In this document: positions 51,180 to 63,305 of the stretch, piece by piece
Layout: the number at the start of each line of letters is the position of its first letter
Position numbering within the stretch: the stretch's first letter is position 1
DNA from: Camelus dromedarius
Taxonomy: Eukaryota
Length of the DNA: 64,000 nucleotides
Direction: 5' to 3'
NCBI RefSeq assembly: GCF_036321535.1
Contig: NC_087437.1
Coordinates: forward strand, 119,972,001 to 120,036,000
Notes under the pieces: model-generated
The model's database searches: none
What the model saw: the letters and a program-made list of their open reading frames with translations, nothing else
Told to the model about the DNA's origin: nothing
Program-made: the position numbers and the translations under genes

Positions 51180-51600
51180 CTAGGATGGCTACTATCAAAA
51201 AATGGGAAGTAGCAAGTGTTGGCAAGGATGTGGAGAAATTGGAATTCTTGTGCATTGCCGGTGAGAATGTAAAATCGTGTGGCCACTGTGGAAAACGGTA
51301 TTGCAGTTGCTTAAAAAATTAAAAATATAATTACCATATGATCCAGCAAATCCACTTCTGGGTACAGACCCCAAAGAATTGAAAGCAGGGGCTCAAACAG
51401 GTGTGTGCACACCTGTGTTCACAGCAGCATCACTCACAATAGCCCAGGGGTGGAAACAACCCGGGTGCCCACTGGCAGATGAATGGACAGACAAGATGTG
51501 GGCCATCCGGACTATGGAATATTACTCAGCCTTAAAAGAAGAAGGAAATCCTGGCAAGGGTTACAGCATGGAGGAACTCAGTGGAAGAAGCCAGGGGCCT
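51180..51600 (+). mobile_element. L1 ORF2 3' fragment
   Basis: aggatggctactatcaaaaa...CTPVFTAASLTIAQGWKQPGCP. Confidence 0.8.
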
Positions 51601-51868
51601 TCGAGGAATGTTTGAATCAGATCACTCTTCATAACAAACAACAAAGAGAGGTCGATTGTGCTCATGGGCTCTGTTTCTCAGGCCAGACGTAGGGGTGCAG
51701 CTTCGGGCCAAGGTGGGCTCGTCTCCCCACCTCCCTGGACCCCCAGCACTGGTGGCAGCCTTTAGAATAAAGTGGGGTTGGCCCTGCAAAACCGTCTGCT
51801 CTTGCTGCTTTTGTAACTTCAACGAGAAACAGACTTTTACAAAAATGACATCACAGACAATGCCTCTT

Positions 51869-51997
51869 TTCTGGGGGGAGTAATTAGATTTATTTGTTTG
51901 TTTATTTATTTTTTAATGGAGGTACTGGGAGTTGAACCCAGGATCCCCCTGCACGCTAGGCATGCGCTCTACCACTGAGCTGTATACCCTCCTCCCA
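51869..51997 (-). mobile_element. tRNA-Ala-derived SINE (Vic-1-like)
   Basis: Family sequence with TSD CAATGCCTCTT (51858-51868, 52001-52011). Confidence 0.85.
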
Positions 51998-52850
51998 AGG
52001 CAATGCCTCTTGACTGTGAGCCTAATCAGAAACTGCCCCCCCCCGAAAAAAAAGAAAAGAAAAAGGAAAAAAGGAAAAAAAAAAGAAGAAAAAGAAAAAA
52101 GAAACTGGCCCGATCACAAAGGAAACTGAAGCAGCAGCTTATTCTGGAGAGTCGCTGGTTACAAGCCAGCGGCCAGGTCACTCTGGCCCTTGCAGCCACG
52201 GGGCCTGAGGAGGCCTGTTCTAGTCCTGCTCAGAAAGTCAGTGGCTGGCTTTCCTTGGAGCAGCCAGCTCCAGAGCGCATTGTCCATCGATGGGCTGAGC
52301 AGCCGTTGTGGTGTGCCCTGTGACCAAGACTGGGGAAGGTGACGGCTGCAACACAGGAGACATGGAGCCACGCTTCATGCCCTTGAAGCGGCTGTTCTGG
52401 GGCAGGTGGTGGGGACAAAGCTCTTTCGCTGGGAAGCCTGCGCACAAGCTGTGCGGTCGGGGTAGAGCCGGGAGCCGTGGTCCTCCACCGCGGGGGTTCG
52501 GACTCCTGACTTCACCTCAGGCGAGCCCGGGAGGCGAGGGCCACCGCAGCGTCCTCCCAGAGTGCGTCCTCAGTAAGCGTGCTCCTGAGCAGCACGTTTT
52601 CAGTCATTGACTCAGAGTCGCCCGAAGGAAGCCGGATCTTTCTGGGACCAGGGTTGGAGCCCACTGGCCAGGAGAGGTCCTGGTGTGGACAGGTGGTCAC
52701 CCACCACAAAACGGCCACAGGACCATGCTGACTGGGGGGAGGGACCCCTCGCAGCCAGGACCTGGTGCGATTCGATCCCGCAACCAGAGCCCAGGCCCTC
52801 AGCTCCTCCTCACATCTCTGTTTGGCCAGCTGCGTTTCCAGGTTAGGACG

Positions 52851-53294
52851 TTGTGGTGTTAGGCTGGATTCTGCCCCCACCCTCAAAGTTCGTATGTTGA
52901 GTCCTAGCCCCCAGGACCTCTGGATGTGACTGCTTTGGGAAATACAGAATCTTTCCCAAGTTACAAAGAGGTATTGGGGGTAGGCCCTAACCTAATAGGA
53001 CTGATATCCTTATGAAAGGGGGAAATCTGGCACACAGAGAGAACACTGCGAAGGCAGACACCAGGGTGATGTTTCTGCAAGTCCAGGAATGCCAGAAACC
53101 GCATCAGACCTCCAGAAACTAGGGGAGAGCCTGGGACAGAGGCTCCCTCCCAGTCCTCAGAAGCCACCCAGGTGCTGACACCTTGGTCTTGGTTGGACTT
53201 CCTTCCCGCCTCCAGACCTGAGAGAATGACTCCCTGTTGTTTCAGCCACTCAGTCTGCAGCGCTTTGTTACGGAGGCCCCAGAAAAGTAACACA
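52851..53294 (+). mobile_element. MLT1 LTR
   Basis: gttgagtcctagcccccaggacc...ttggacttc...cctccaga...gtaacaca. Confidence 0.75.
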
Positions 53295-53636
53295 CCCTGT
53301 GTAAGGAGCCCTGGGACAGGCAAGAACACTTGCTGGGCGTCTCCAGTGGGAAGCGACGTGTTCCTTGGCGCGCGCCCATCTGGGCTGCTGATTCCAGCCC
53401 TTCACTGCCTTTGAGCTGCTTCACAGGCTGAGCCGCAGACAGCGGGTGATGATGGTGTCCGTCTGTGTCTATGTGATGGAGGGACAGCTCGCTCCCCACG
53501 GCCCCCAAATCCTCCTACCAAAGCCAGTTCTGCACAGTTTCCAAGTTCACCCTGATATTTCTGCCTAGATATGTGTCTGTTCTTGGCGTTTTCCTTTGAA
53601 CTGGCTGTAACTTCTTCCAAGTTCCCTCATTCTATT

Positions 53637-54299
53637 TTTTTTTGAAATGTCACTCACTTTATTCATCTTACTTGGTTGAATCTTTATTCCCAAAGAGTCA
53701 TTTATTAACCTCAGGTCAGTTTTAATAAAATAGTTTGCATTTCTATAGTATTTATTTCTAGGATTGCATTTTAAATTCCCTTTTTTTAAATTGAAGCGTA
53801 GTTGATTTACAATGTTAGTTTCAGGTATAGAGCAAAGTGATTCAGTTATACATATAGATATAATTTTTCAGATTCTTTTCCACTACAGCACATTACAAAA
53901 AATTGAATAGAGTTCCCTGTGCTGTACGGTAAGTCCTTGTTGTTTATCTATTTTATATACAGTAGAGTGTATCTGTTAATCCCAAACTCCTAATCTATCC
54001 CTTCCCCCTTCTTTCTCCATTGGTAACCACAGTTTTTTTTCTGTCTGTGAGTCTATATCTGGTTTGTAAATAAAATTTTCATTTTTTAGATTCCACATAT
54101 AAGCAGAATCATATGATATTTGTCTTTCTCTGACTTACTCAGTATGATCATCTCTAGGTCTATCCATGTTGCTGCAAATAGCATTATTTCATTGTTTTTA
54201 ACGGCTGAGTAGTATTCCACTGTGCATGTTACCACATCTTCTTCATCTTGACGGACATTTACATTGCTTCCATGTCTTGGCTGTTGTAAATAGTGCTCC
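53637..54299 (-). mobile_element. L1 3' end plus 3'-transduced flank, bounded by 15-bp TSD
   Basis: TSD TTCCCTCATTCTATT at 53622-53636 and 54300-54314. Confidence 0.85.
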
Positions 54300-54389
54300 T
54301 TCCCTCATTCTATTAATGTACTCAGGAAGACATTTGCCACCTGTTGATTGTATGTCTGCCTGAGAGTCATGATTCTTTCTTTGGCCAAC

Positions 54390-54800
54390 ATTATTATTAT
54401 TTTTTTAATTGAAGTATAGTTGATTTACAGTGTGTTTATTTCTAGTGTACAACATAGGGATTCAGTTATATATATTTTTTCCTTTTCATATTCTTTTTCA
54501 TTATAGGCTATTATAAGCTATTGAATATATTTCCCTTGCTATACAGACCTTGTTATTTATCTATTTTATATATAGTAATTGGTATTTGCAAATCCTGAAC
54601 TCCCAACTTATCCCTCCCCCACCCCCTTCCCCTGGTAACTGTAAGTTTGTTTTCTATGTCTGTGAGTCTGTCTCTGTTTGTAAATAAGTTCATTTGTATC
54701 CTTTTTTAAGATTTCACATAAAAGTGCTATCAATAGTTCTTTCTCTTTCTGGCCTACTTTACTCAGAATGATGATCTCCAGGTCCATCCATGTTGCACAA
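54390..54800 (-). mobile_element. L1 3' end
   Basis: ttaattgaagtatagttgatttaca ... ggtccatccatgttgc. Confidence 0.85.
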
Positions 54801-55029
54801 ACTGGCTAACAATATGCTTCAACATTGGCTGCCATTTCCCTGTTGCATTTTGCTGGGATCCTTGAGGGGGAAATGTCACTGGTGGGGTGTGTCTTCTACC
54901 CTGATCTTTTAGGGACTTCATTGTTGGAATTTTCTTCTTGAGAAAACCAAGGCTCCAGCATGAAGAACTGTGGGTCCTCCTCATCTTGGCCTCGGGGACC
55001 CTCTGTGTTGGGGGGGGGGCTCTTCCTAG

Positions 55030-55370
55030 CAGACGCTAGTCCTTGCTGGCTTTGATGAAGCAAGCTACTGTATCATGAGTTCCTCTAAGGAGAGGTCCAC
55101 ATGGCAAGAACTGAAGGGACCTTCAGCCAACAGCCAGCAAGGAGCTGAGGCCCTCAGTCCATCTGCCCACAACCATGTGAGCTGGGAAAGGGACCCTTCC
55201 TTGATCAAGCCTTCAAATGAGACCCCAGCCCTGACCATTAGTCGTGAGAGGCCCTGAGGTAAAGGACTCAGTCAAGTTACACCTGGATTTACAACCCACA
55301 AAACTGAGATAATGTGTTTTTAGCCACCGAGTTTGTGATAATTGGTTCTGAAGCAACAGATAACAAACAT
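55030..55370 (+). mobile_element. MLT1 (G/H/I-like) LTR
   Basis: tgctggctttgatgaagcaagc...cagccaacagccagcaagga...gcaacagataac. Confidence 0.65.
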
Positions 55371-55389
55371 ACCTTGTCTTAGAAACACT

Positions 55390-56000
55390 TGTTCATGCAT
55401 TCAACAAATACTTACTTGCCAGGCACTAGGACAGGTGCTCCACATACCTCAGTGAACAGAGTAAAATTCTTGCTCTCCTGGTGGGCAAACTCTAGTGTTC
55501 ATGTGTGTGTGAGTGTTGGACAGTAGACATAATAAATATGTTACATGGTTATACAGTTACATCGTATGTTACATGTATCTACACAAGTACCATGGGGGAG
55601 AAAGCAGGGTGAAGAGGATGGGAAGGGGTTGGGAGTTTGCAATTTTAAAGCTCTCTTGAGGAAGTGATGCTAAGAAAGACTTCAGGGTGTAAAGGTGAGA
55701 GCCATGAAGTTATCTTTGGGAAGAGTGCTCCAAGCATAGGGACTAGGCAGTGCAAAGACCCTGAGGCTGAATCACTCCTGGACTGAGCAAGGAGCAGCAA
55801 GGGGGCAAACTGGAACAGAGTAGGCGAGGGGAAGGGTGGTGGGAGCTGAGGTCAGAGGCACAGGGCCGGGGCAGGGAGACCACGGAGACCCTCACGGGCG
55901 CTGAGCGAACTTTGCTTTTACTCTGAATGAGACAGGGACTCTCGGAGGGGTTGAGTGCAGCAGTGATGTGGTCTGCCTCAGATCTTTTAGAGAATCTTCC
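55390..56000 (-). mobile_element. L2 LINE fragment
   Basis: ttcatgcattcaacaaatactt...gtgcaaagaccctgagg...ttttactctgaatgag. Confidence 0.7.
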
Positions 56001-57577
56001 CCTACTAATCGCTGGCGACTCCCAGCCCCTGCTTATCAGTGCAAATCGAAGCAGTGCATGCATCTGGCTACCCTAAGCCAAGAGACTTGCCCTTATTTTT
56101 AGGTGGTTTTCTCACTCATTTTTCTTAGCAAAGCCTCAACTCCCAGCCATTCTGACAGCCCAGCTCTGCCTCCCCCCACCTCCTCCAGCTTCACCTCGTG
56201 ATCTCCTGCACACAGTGCAGTGCCCTGCACCCTGTCCTGGGTACCACAGGCTTTGTGCACTGGATCATAAGCTCTGCCGGGCAGGGTCCAAGGCTTTTCT
56301 TTCTTCCACATCCTCCCCCACCTCCTCTAGCTTGAGACAGAGCTGCACAGAGCAGGGCTCCATCAGGCTGGCTCCTGTGCCCCACCAACTCGCCTCCTGG
56401 CCTCACAGCCCCTGCTGTCCTCCTGGAAGTTCTATGAACAGTTGTATGTGGCTTTTTATTTCACACACCCAAATGAGGTTCTTGGGTCAATAGTAGCAAA
56501 TCTTTAAATAAGAAATTGGAAAGAAAATAACCAGAATTACTAATTGTGTACAAATGTTTCTTTTTTGTTAGTAAGCCACCCTAGTGCCAACAGGAGTTGG
56601 GAGGCCGTGGGTGGAGCCCAAGGAAAGCAAAGGAGGTTTTGACCTCCGTGACCCGACTTCTACCTAATTTTGAATGTTTCCTAAAAAGGGTTTCCAAATG
56701 TGAGTGGCTCAGGGCCACAAGCCTGGAGGTGATCTCTGTTGGTGCTTCCAGCCCTCTCTCTTTTCAGAGACCAGATGTGGGGTGCAGGGCCTGGGCCTCA
56801 CCTGCCTTGACTTGTACCCGGCTCTCAGGTGACTGCACACCCCCAGGTCTTCCTGGTCCCAGGCCCCTGATGCCTCACACACTTGATGGGAACCAGGTGA
56901 CAGCTTCAGCCCAAGGTGGGGACTAGGGTGAGGCCAGTGAGGCCAGGGCAGGTGCTTGGGGCCCATGTTCAATTTAATGTTCTGCTGTCCCTGTCTTAAA
57001 ATTCTTAACAACTTCTGAACATGGGAACTTGCATTTCCGCTTTGCCCAGGCCCTGCACGTATATGTAGCTGGTCTGCATCACTGAGGTTTTGGCGTCCCC
57101 TCCAACTTTCCACTCGTCAGTGGCTCACTGGCCTCCTCCAAGCCCGGGCGCTGCTACAACCTTCTCTCCAGAAAACACAGTTCTGCAGGGCCACACAGGC
57201 CGCCTGTGGCTTCATGGTGTTTGTGGAGCCCTGAAGACTTAGCAGGGATGTCCTCCTGGGCTGCTCAAGACTGAACCTCCCCCAGGTAGCCTCCAGCCCT
57301 ACTTCCTGTCCTGCGTCTGCTTCACACCAGGGCAGCACGGTGGGGCAGCCCTTCTCCCAGCTGTGTACGGGCTCCACGCAGCCATCCTCCCATGCAGGAG
57401 GAATGTTTCTGCAAAGATGAACAGCCAGTCGGCCAAGCCCAGGGCCTCTGCACTAGGGAAGGCATTACCCGTCCCTTAAGGTCTTGGAAGGCAAGGCCAC
57501 CAGAGGGACCCGAGGGGATACCGCAACACAGTCTTTGAAAGTTCACCTTGAAATACAGACCACACTTTACGTGTCTC

Positions 57578-58031
57578 TGTGAATGAAAAATAAAGCAACC
57601 CATATCAGTAAACAGAGAATGCTGAAACCATCAAATCATCAGCTGCTGCCGCCAACCCCCAGTGAAGACAAGCCTGCAGCCCGACCTCTGCAGCCTGAGG
57701 GGGATCAGAATGTGAAAGGACAAGATACTGGCTAGGTGCTTCTCAAAAGATTTAAATGAGCCCAAACGTTTGCTTCTTCCCACACACAGAAAAGCACTAA
57801 ATTCTTTGAGATGTCTGGTTTTCTTTAACAGTAATCTTTAATGTTCTGACTACAGGCTCTTTGTTGTAAAACTCCAATAATAGCCTGGGTCCTCCCGTAC
57901 CTCTTTGGAGCAATCCTTCAGAGCGATCTGGGAGGCTGTCATCCTGGGCTCCAGGGATTCAAGTCTCAGAAATGTCTGCAGAATAAAACATAAATCTCAG
58001 CTTCTAGGCTGCACATTTATTTCAGTCTACA
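57578..58031 (+). mobile_element. ERV1-class solo LTR (MER34/MER39-like)
   Basis: TG start, AATAAA ~57982, ends ...ttatttcagtctaca. Confidence 0.6.
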
Positions 58032-58199
58032 CTCCCTAAAGGAGGCTACTTCACCTGCATACGGGGCTTCTGTGGGTCACCTGGAGACAGGCATACTGAG
58101 GGCAGGGCACCGGACCAGAGGCCAGCCTGCAGTGGTGACAAGAGCTCACAACCCGGGCCTAAGCACCTGGGGTCAGGCAGGTGCTGGGCACCTGTGCCA

Positions 58200-59650
58200 T
58201 GCTTGGGGTGCACGTGTGCACTCTTCGCGACCCCGGCCTGCGCCCCAGGGAAGAAGGCAAGGGGCGGCCGCGGGCTTGTGTACAAAGGGGCGCCGCGCCC
58301 GGCAGGGGCCTGGGCCCCGGATGCCCGCGCAGCCCGGCCTCCGAGGGCCGCCCCCGGCTGGCCAGGCCCGGCTGTGCGGGGGCGCACGAAGAGGGGCCAG
58401 CGGCTCCTCGCGCGGATGGTACAGCTCAGCCCCCCCCCGCCGGACCGTGGCGGATGGTTTCGCCCACCCGAGCCTGCTCCAAACCCCTCTGCCGCCGCTG
58501 AGAAGCGAGCGGAGGAGGCGTGACCTGAGCGCGCCACGCCCCCTGCTGCCAAGTCCTGAGGCGCGATCGCGCCCCGGCGCGGCGGCTGAGGGCGGGGCCT
58601 GACTCGGGCGCAAGGCGGGGGCGGGGCCGGGTCGGCCGCAGCCCGCCCCCGGCTCACTCTCCGCCCTCCGCGTGCAGGCCCCGCCCCCAGCCGCCGCGGC
58701 GCAGGGACGGGGCGGGGCCCGGGCCAGGCAGGCCCCGCCCCCTCCGTGAATATTGATGCAGCGCGCGTCGGCGTCGCCCTCCTCCCATTGAGCGAGGCTG
58801 TGTCGCGTGGCCCAGCGTCGGCGTGACGGTTGGACGCGGGCGCGGCACTGCGGGTCCCGATTGCTGCAGCCGCTTGTCAGTGTGATGAAGATTGGCACCC
58901 AGGTAAGCTGTCACTCAACCGCTCCGCCGCCGCCGCCGCTCCGCCGCCCCGTCCCTATCAATCACGCCGGCCCGCAGGCGCCGCGGCCACCGCCCCGCCG
59001 CCGCCGCCCGGGTCTCCGCGGGCCGCCGCCGCCTGGGAGGGCCGCGCCGGACCCGCCGCCCGGGGCAGGGGGCGGGGAGGGGGCGCGAGTGGGGGAGGGG
59101 AGCCGAGGCGGCGGGGAGGGGCGCCGTCCGCCGGGCCGGCGCGGGGGCGCGCCCCGTTTGTTTTTCAGTGTGGGTTTAGGGACGCGGAAATTTCTGGAAG
59201 GCGCCGCCGCCGCCGTCGCCGCGCGGGGCCCGCTGCGAGGAGCGCGCGCCTAACTGTCCCTCTCGGAGTGCGGCGCGCGCCCCTGGCGGGCGGGGTCGCG
59301 GGGGCGCGCGGCGGGGGCGGGGCCGGGCTGAGGGGCGCGGGGGCGCGCGGCGGGGGCGGGGCCGGCGGCGCGGGGGCGGGGCCCGGTTCGCGGGCGGCGG
59401 GCGCGGAGCTCCGCGGGGCGGGTGGCGGGGCGACCATGCACCTCTCAGGCTGCGAGGGTCCCGCTTTCCCGGCGCGGCCAGCGGGGTTGGGGGTCGGGGG
59501 TCCGGGAGGGGACGGGGTGTGCTTGCCTTCTGCCCGAGGGCCGGGGTGCCGGGTTTCTGGAATTCGTTACGAATGCGCCGCGAATAATAAACGGCTAATT
59601 TGAACTCGATGACTGGACGTGTTGGGCACGGGCCGGCCGCTCTCTGGAAT
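58200..59650 (+). promoter_or_regulatory. PKNOX1: PKNOX1 CpG island and promoter
   Basis: Extremely GC/CpG-rich with multiple GGGGCGGGGC boxes, surrounding exon 1. Confidence 0.85.
58780..58902 (+). other. PKNOX1: PKNOX1 (PREP1) non-coding exon 1; intron 1 runs to the window end
   Basis: ...cgcttgtcagtgtgatgaagattggcacccag|GTAAGC resembles the PKNOX1 5'UTR as recalled; WDR4-NDUFV3-PKNOX1 synteny; TSS approximate. Confidence 0.75.
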
Positions 59651-62600
59651 TCACATTCCTTTAGAAAGAAATCGTGACTCACTTCAGAAAAATCAGGAAG
59701 AGTTGAGTCTGCTTTATTTCAGCGCAGTGGCTGTTGAAATGTCCTGTTTTATTGGTGGCTCTGAGGCTTAGCCATTTAGGTTCTCCTTTGTGCTGTGTGA
59801 CTCCCCACCTGCGTCTGACCTGTGCTGCGGGAACCAGGGTCCGAGGGGCTGGGAGCAGAATTAAGATGCTTGGTTGCGGCAGGCGGAGGATACCTGTGCG
59901 CAGGAAAATGTGCGTTTGGTAAATTTGATCGCGTGCTGGCAACCATCCAGATATAATTGCCGTATGAAACGGGCTATAATTAATAACTTAGAGCCTAAGA
60001 CTCAGCTTCACTGTTTTTTTCTTAGGAAGTGAGTACTTGCCACTTCAGGGTAAACGAAACCTTCAACTTTTGTTGGGTATAAATATGATTTTTTTCCTGA
60101 CATATTGAAAAATGACGTATTTATATAACACATAGCATTTTGTATAACACATTGTAAGTGTCATGTGGAACAGTGGAGGTGAGATGTGGCCATTCTGCTA
60201 GTACAGGTATTGGTGATGCTCCCAATCCAATTGTACGTTGACTGGAAGATGGCAGACTGACGCAGATCTGCCTTTCATCACATTTTTTTTTTTTTTTTTT
60301 TTTTAGTTTACAGAGAGTGGATACTTCTGTTACAATATTTGGTTGAATCTACGATGTACCATTGTGTAATACTGACTGACACGGTGCTTTCTGAATGCAC
60401 CAGTGGAAGGACTTACTACTTCAGAGATTTAAAAGTGGGAATTAGAATGGATGAAATATAGTTGGTGAAATATGACTTAAAAGATTAACATTCTGTGCTG
60501 ATGATTTCAGTTTCAGCCGGTTGCATGGTTAATGGTAGTGGATTCCAACGCATTTGTTGGGTTCGTGTCCCCAAGGGTACATACATTTACACTCTTGTAT
60601 CTCTGTTGTAACTTCAGAAAAGTACTACTTAAGAATAGTGAAAGGAACTGTGTAAATAGTAACGGTCTAGTTATAACTGTCACTTTTGTTGCAGACTAAT
60701 TGAAACTGTTTAAAAGAAAACCTTGAAACCACTAGAGTGAAGCAAAGCGTCTGCCCTGGGCGTTTCCCTGTGCTCTCCTGGCCTCCAGACTCCTCACTGC
60801 AGCTGTTTTAGAAAAAGTAAAATAGGATCAAGAAGAGAACCTGTTATACTCAACTTTCGTTATCAAAATATTGAACCAAATTGGTGATAAGTTTCCTTAA
60901 ATGCCACCTTATTGGCTCCCTTAGTAACAGACTGAACACAGGCTCAGCCATCTCTTTCTGGGTGCTGATGGGTGTCACTGACAGTGTGCGATTGCTGTGG
61001 TAGTGCTGTGAAGACACCTGTGGCTTCTGTTGGTGAAGAAGTCACAGCTGCCATTAACACTCCGGGATTTCGTGTCTGCCTTCATAGTTGAATGAGTGCT
61101 GAATGTCAGCCAGCTGTTATTGCAAATAACGATGTGATTTTTATTTCTTATTCAGGTTCACAGAGAGCAAGTTAAGAACCTCTGCACTAGGACTCAGTTT
61201 ACTCTCAGCCCATCCCTTAGTAGGAATATATATGTGCCTCTTTTTTCCTTCCTCAAATAGTTGCTGATAGCAAAGGTGATGAGGAAATAAAACCAGTGCA
61301 GATAAGGGAGCTCAGAGCTTGCGGTCTGGTGTATAGCGGGGTGAGGCTGCGTGGGGATGCTGTTGACCCCAGTGTGACGACTCGCGGCTGTGATGGTTCT
61401 GTCTTGTACACGCTGTTTAGGAAGACATAGGAAGGGAAATACAGTGTAGAAGAGGTTCCATTTGGAAATTGTTAGAATCTACATTCAAGGGCCTAGAGGC
61501 ATGGTCACTTGGTTGGAGAGGCCTGGCTGCACAGGCTTCAGGGAGGCCACACCAGCCAAGCTGCCCTGCAAGCAGCGGGAGGGGGTACCTCGGCCTGAGC
61601 CGCTCCTGGAGTCAAGGTGGCAGTCCCACCCGCCAAGTCACTTTCTGGCAGGTTCACTCACAGAGGGCCGAGTGCTGGTGCGGCAAACATGCTGTCCAGT
61701 GGGGGCTTCAGACCCCGCTGAGGAAGCATCATGGTTCTGAGGATGCCCCTGGGGGACCCGGGAGGGGACAGAGCAGCTGCCCGACTCCATCTAGGATTCC
61801 TTGGGGAAAAGGTCCTCAGGATTTGTCAAAATCCTGAAAAGTCCTGCTCTCTCAGGTTGCAAGACTGAGGGCCTGTGTGTAAGTAAAACTGTTGCAGCCA
61901 CTTTATTGCCTCGAGTCTTTCTTGAAGTGACAGGAGGTGCTCGCCCTGCAGGTCCAGACACCAGACCTTGCCCTCCCTCCCCAGCTGATCCATGTGGACT
62001 TGTGGGGAGATTATTTCTGCTCAGGGTGACGCCCCACCCCAGTCCCCCAAAAGGTGCACGTTACTTGGTGCAGCCTCTGGCCCTGCAGAGCCTCATGGGG
62101 TGAGGCCGGGGTGCCTTGTAGGAAATTCAGCTTTCACTGTTTGCGTCGTCAGGCCCCAGGGTGGCAGGGAGCAGGCTGGCTCCAGGGCCAGGGGTTTGGG
62201 GTCACACCGGAAGAAGGAAAAAAGGGATGCAGGGGCCACCCCAGTGCGGGGCCCTGGGTGGATGGACCCACGGCGTGGGCCGCGCCAGGATCCACTGCCC
62301 TCCTGCTCTGCCCACCGCATCCTTGGCCTGTTTTCCCAGTGCACCCCGGGGAGAGAGGGACAAAGCTCTTTCCTTTTGTGTCTCCTGGGGGCTGACCTGT
62401 GGGCCAGGGGCTCCGGGTCCCCCTTTCAGCAGGGTCTGCAGTGCGGTGGGGTCACTCAGAGGGGCCAGAGATTGGGAGGAACTGTGATCGCAGTTTCCTG
62501 AACAGTCTGATCAGACTTGAAAAAACCCTGCCTTAATGAGAGCTTGGTAAGCCCTCAATACATGTCACACGTCGTCTGAGACGTTTTATCAGGGCTTGTA

Positions 62601-62747
62601 TTTTTGTTGAATTAAAGTCAGGAGTTTAACTTTGCATTATTCTAAATTCAGTTATGTGTTTATGTATACATTTTTGGAAAAAAAAAAAACGAACATTTAT
62701 TTCAGCAGAGTTTATTGCCGCGTAAAACACCCCTGTGGTCCCCTGGG

Positions 62748-62957
62748 CAGGGTCCCGAGCTGTGGCCCCGCTGGCATTTGGGGCTGGGCGCCTCGTGCTG
62801 TGGAGACTGTCCTGTGCGCTGTAGGATTCAGCAACGTTCCTGGTCCCTCCCTGCTAGGTGCCAGTGGGACCCCACCCCCAGTTGTAACAACCGAACTGTG
62901 TTCAGATGTTGCCAAAAGTTCCCCGGGGGACAGAAATCCCCCAGGTTGTGAAGTACT
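62748..62957. mobile_element. MER20 hAT-Charlie MITE
   Basis: ctgtcctgtgcgctgtagga...cccagttgtaacaacc...cagatgttgccaaa...ggttgtgaagtactg. Confidence 0.75.
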
Positions 62958-63148
62958 GATCCAGGACAGCATTTCCCACAACGCGTCATGTGGAACCTAC
63001 CTTAGTGGGAAATGCATGCATTTTTACATAAAATTCAATTAAGCTGTTTGGTGTCAGTGTTACCACATGTGTTTTCATGTATTTACATAATCCACGTTTC
63101 TCATTTTAAACACTTACCTCAGGTCTCACGCGGTTTGGTGGTTCTGGG

Positions 63149-63305
63149 GTGTGTGTGTATCTGCGTGTGTGTGGTTGTGTGTGTGTGCATGTATGTGCGT
63201 GTGCGCATGTATGTGTGAATGTGTTTGTGTCTGCGTGTATGTGCGTATATGTGCGTGCGTGTGTGCGCATGTGTGTGTGTATATGTGTGTGTACACGCGT
63301 GCGTG
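63149..63305. repeat. Imperfect (TG)n microsatellite
   Basis: Alternating purine-pyrimidine tract of about 155 bp. Confidence 0.9.

Noticed and set aside
51932..52323. Poly-Lys ORFs
   Set aside because: Translation of an A-rich simple repeat beside a SINE
58046..59682. Long overlapping ORFs (up to 257 aa) at the PKNOX1 promoter
   Set aside because: Stop-codon depletion in a very GC-rich CpG island; Gly/Ala/Arg/Pro-rich with no domain
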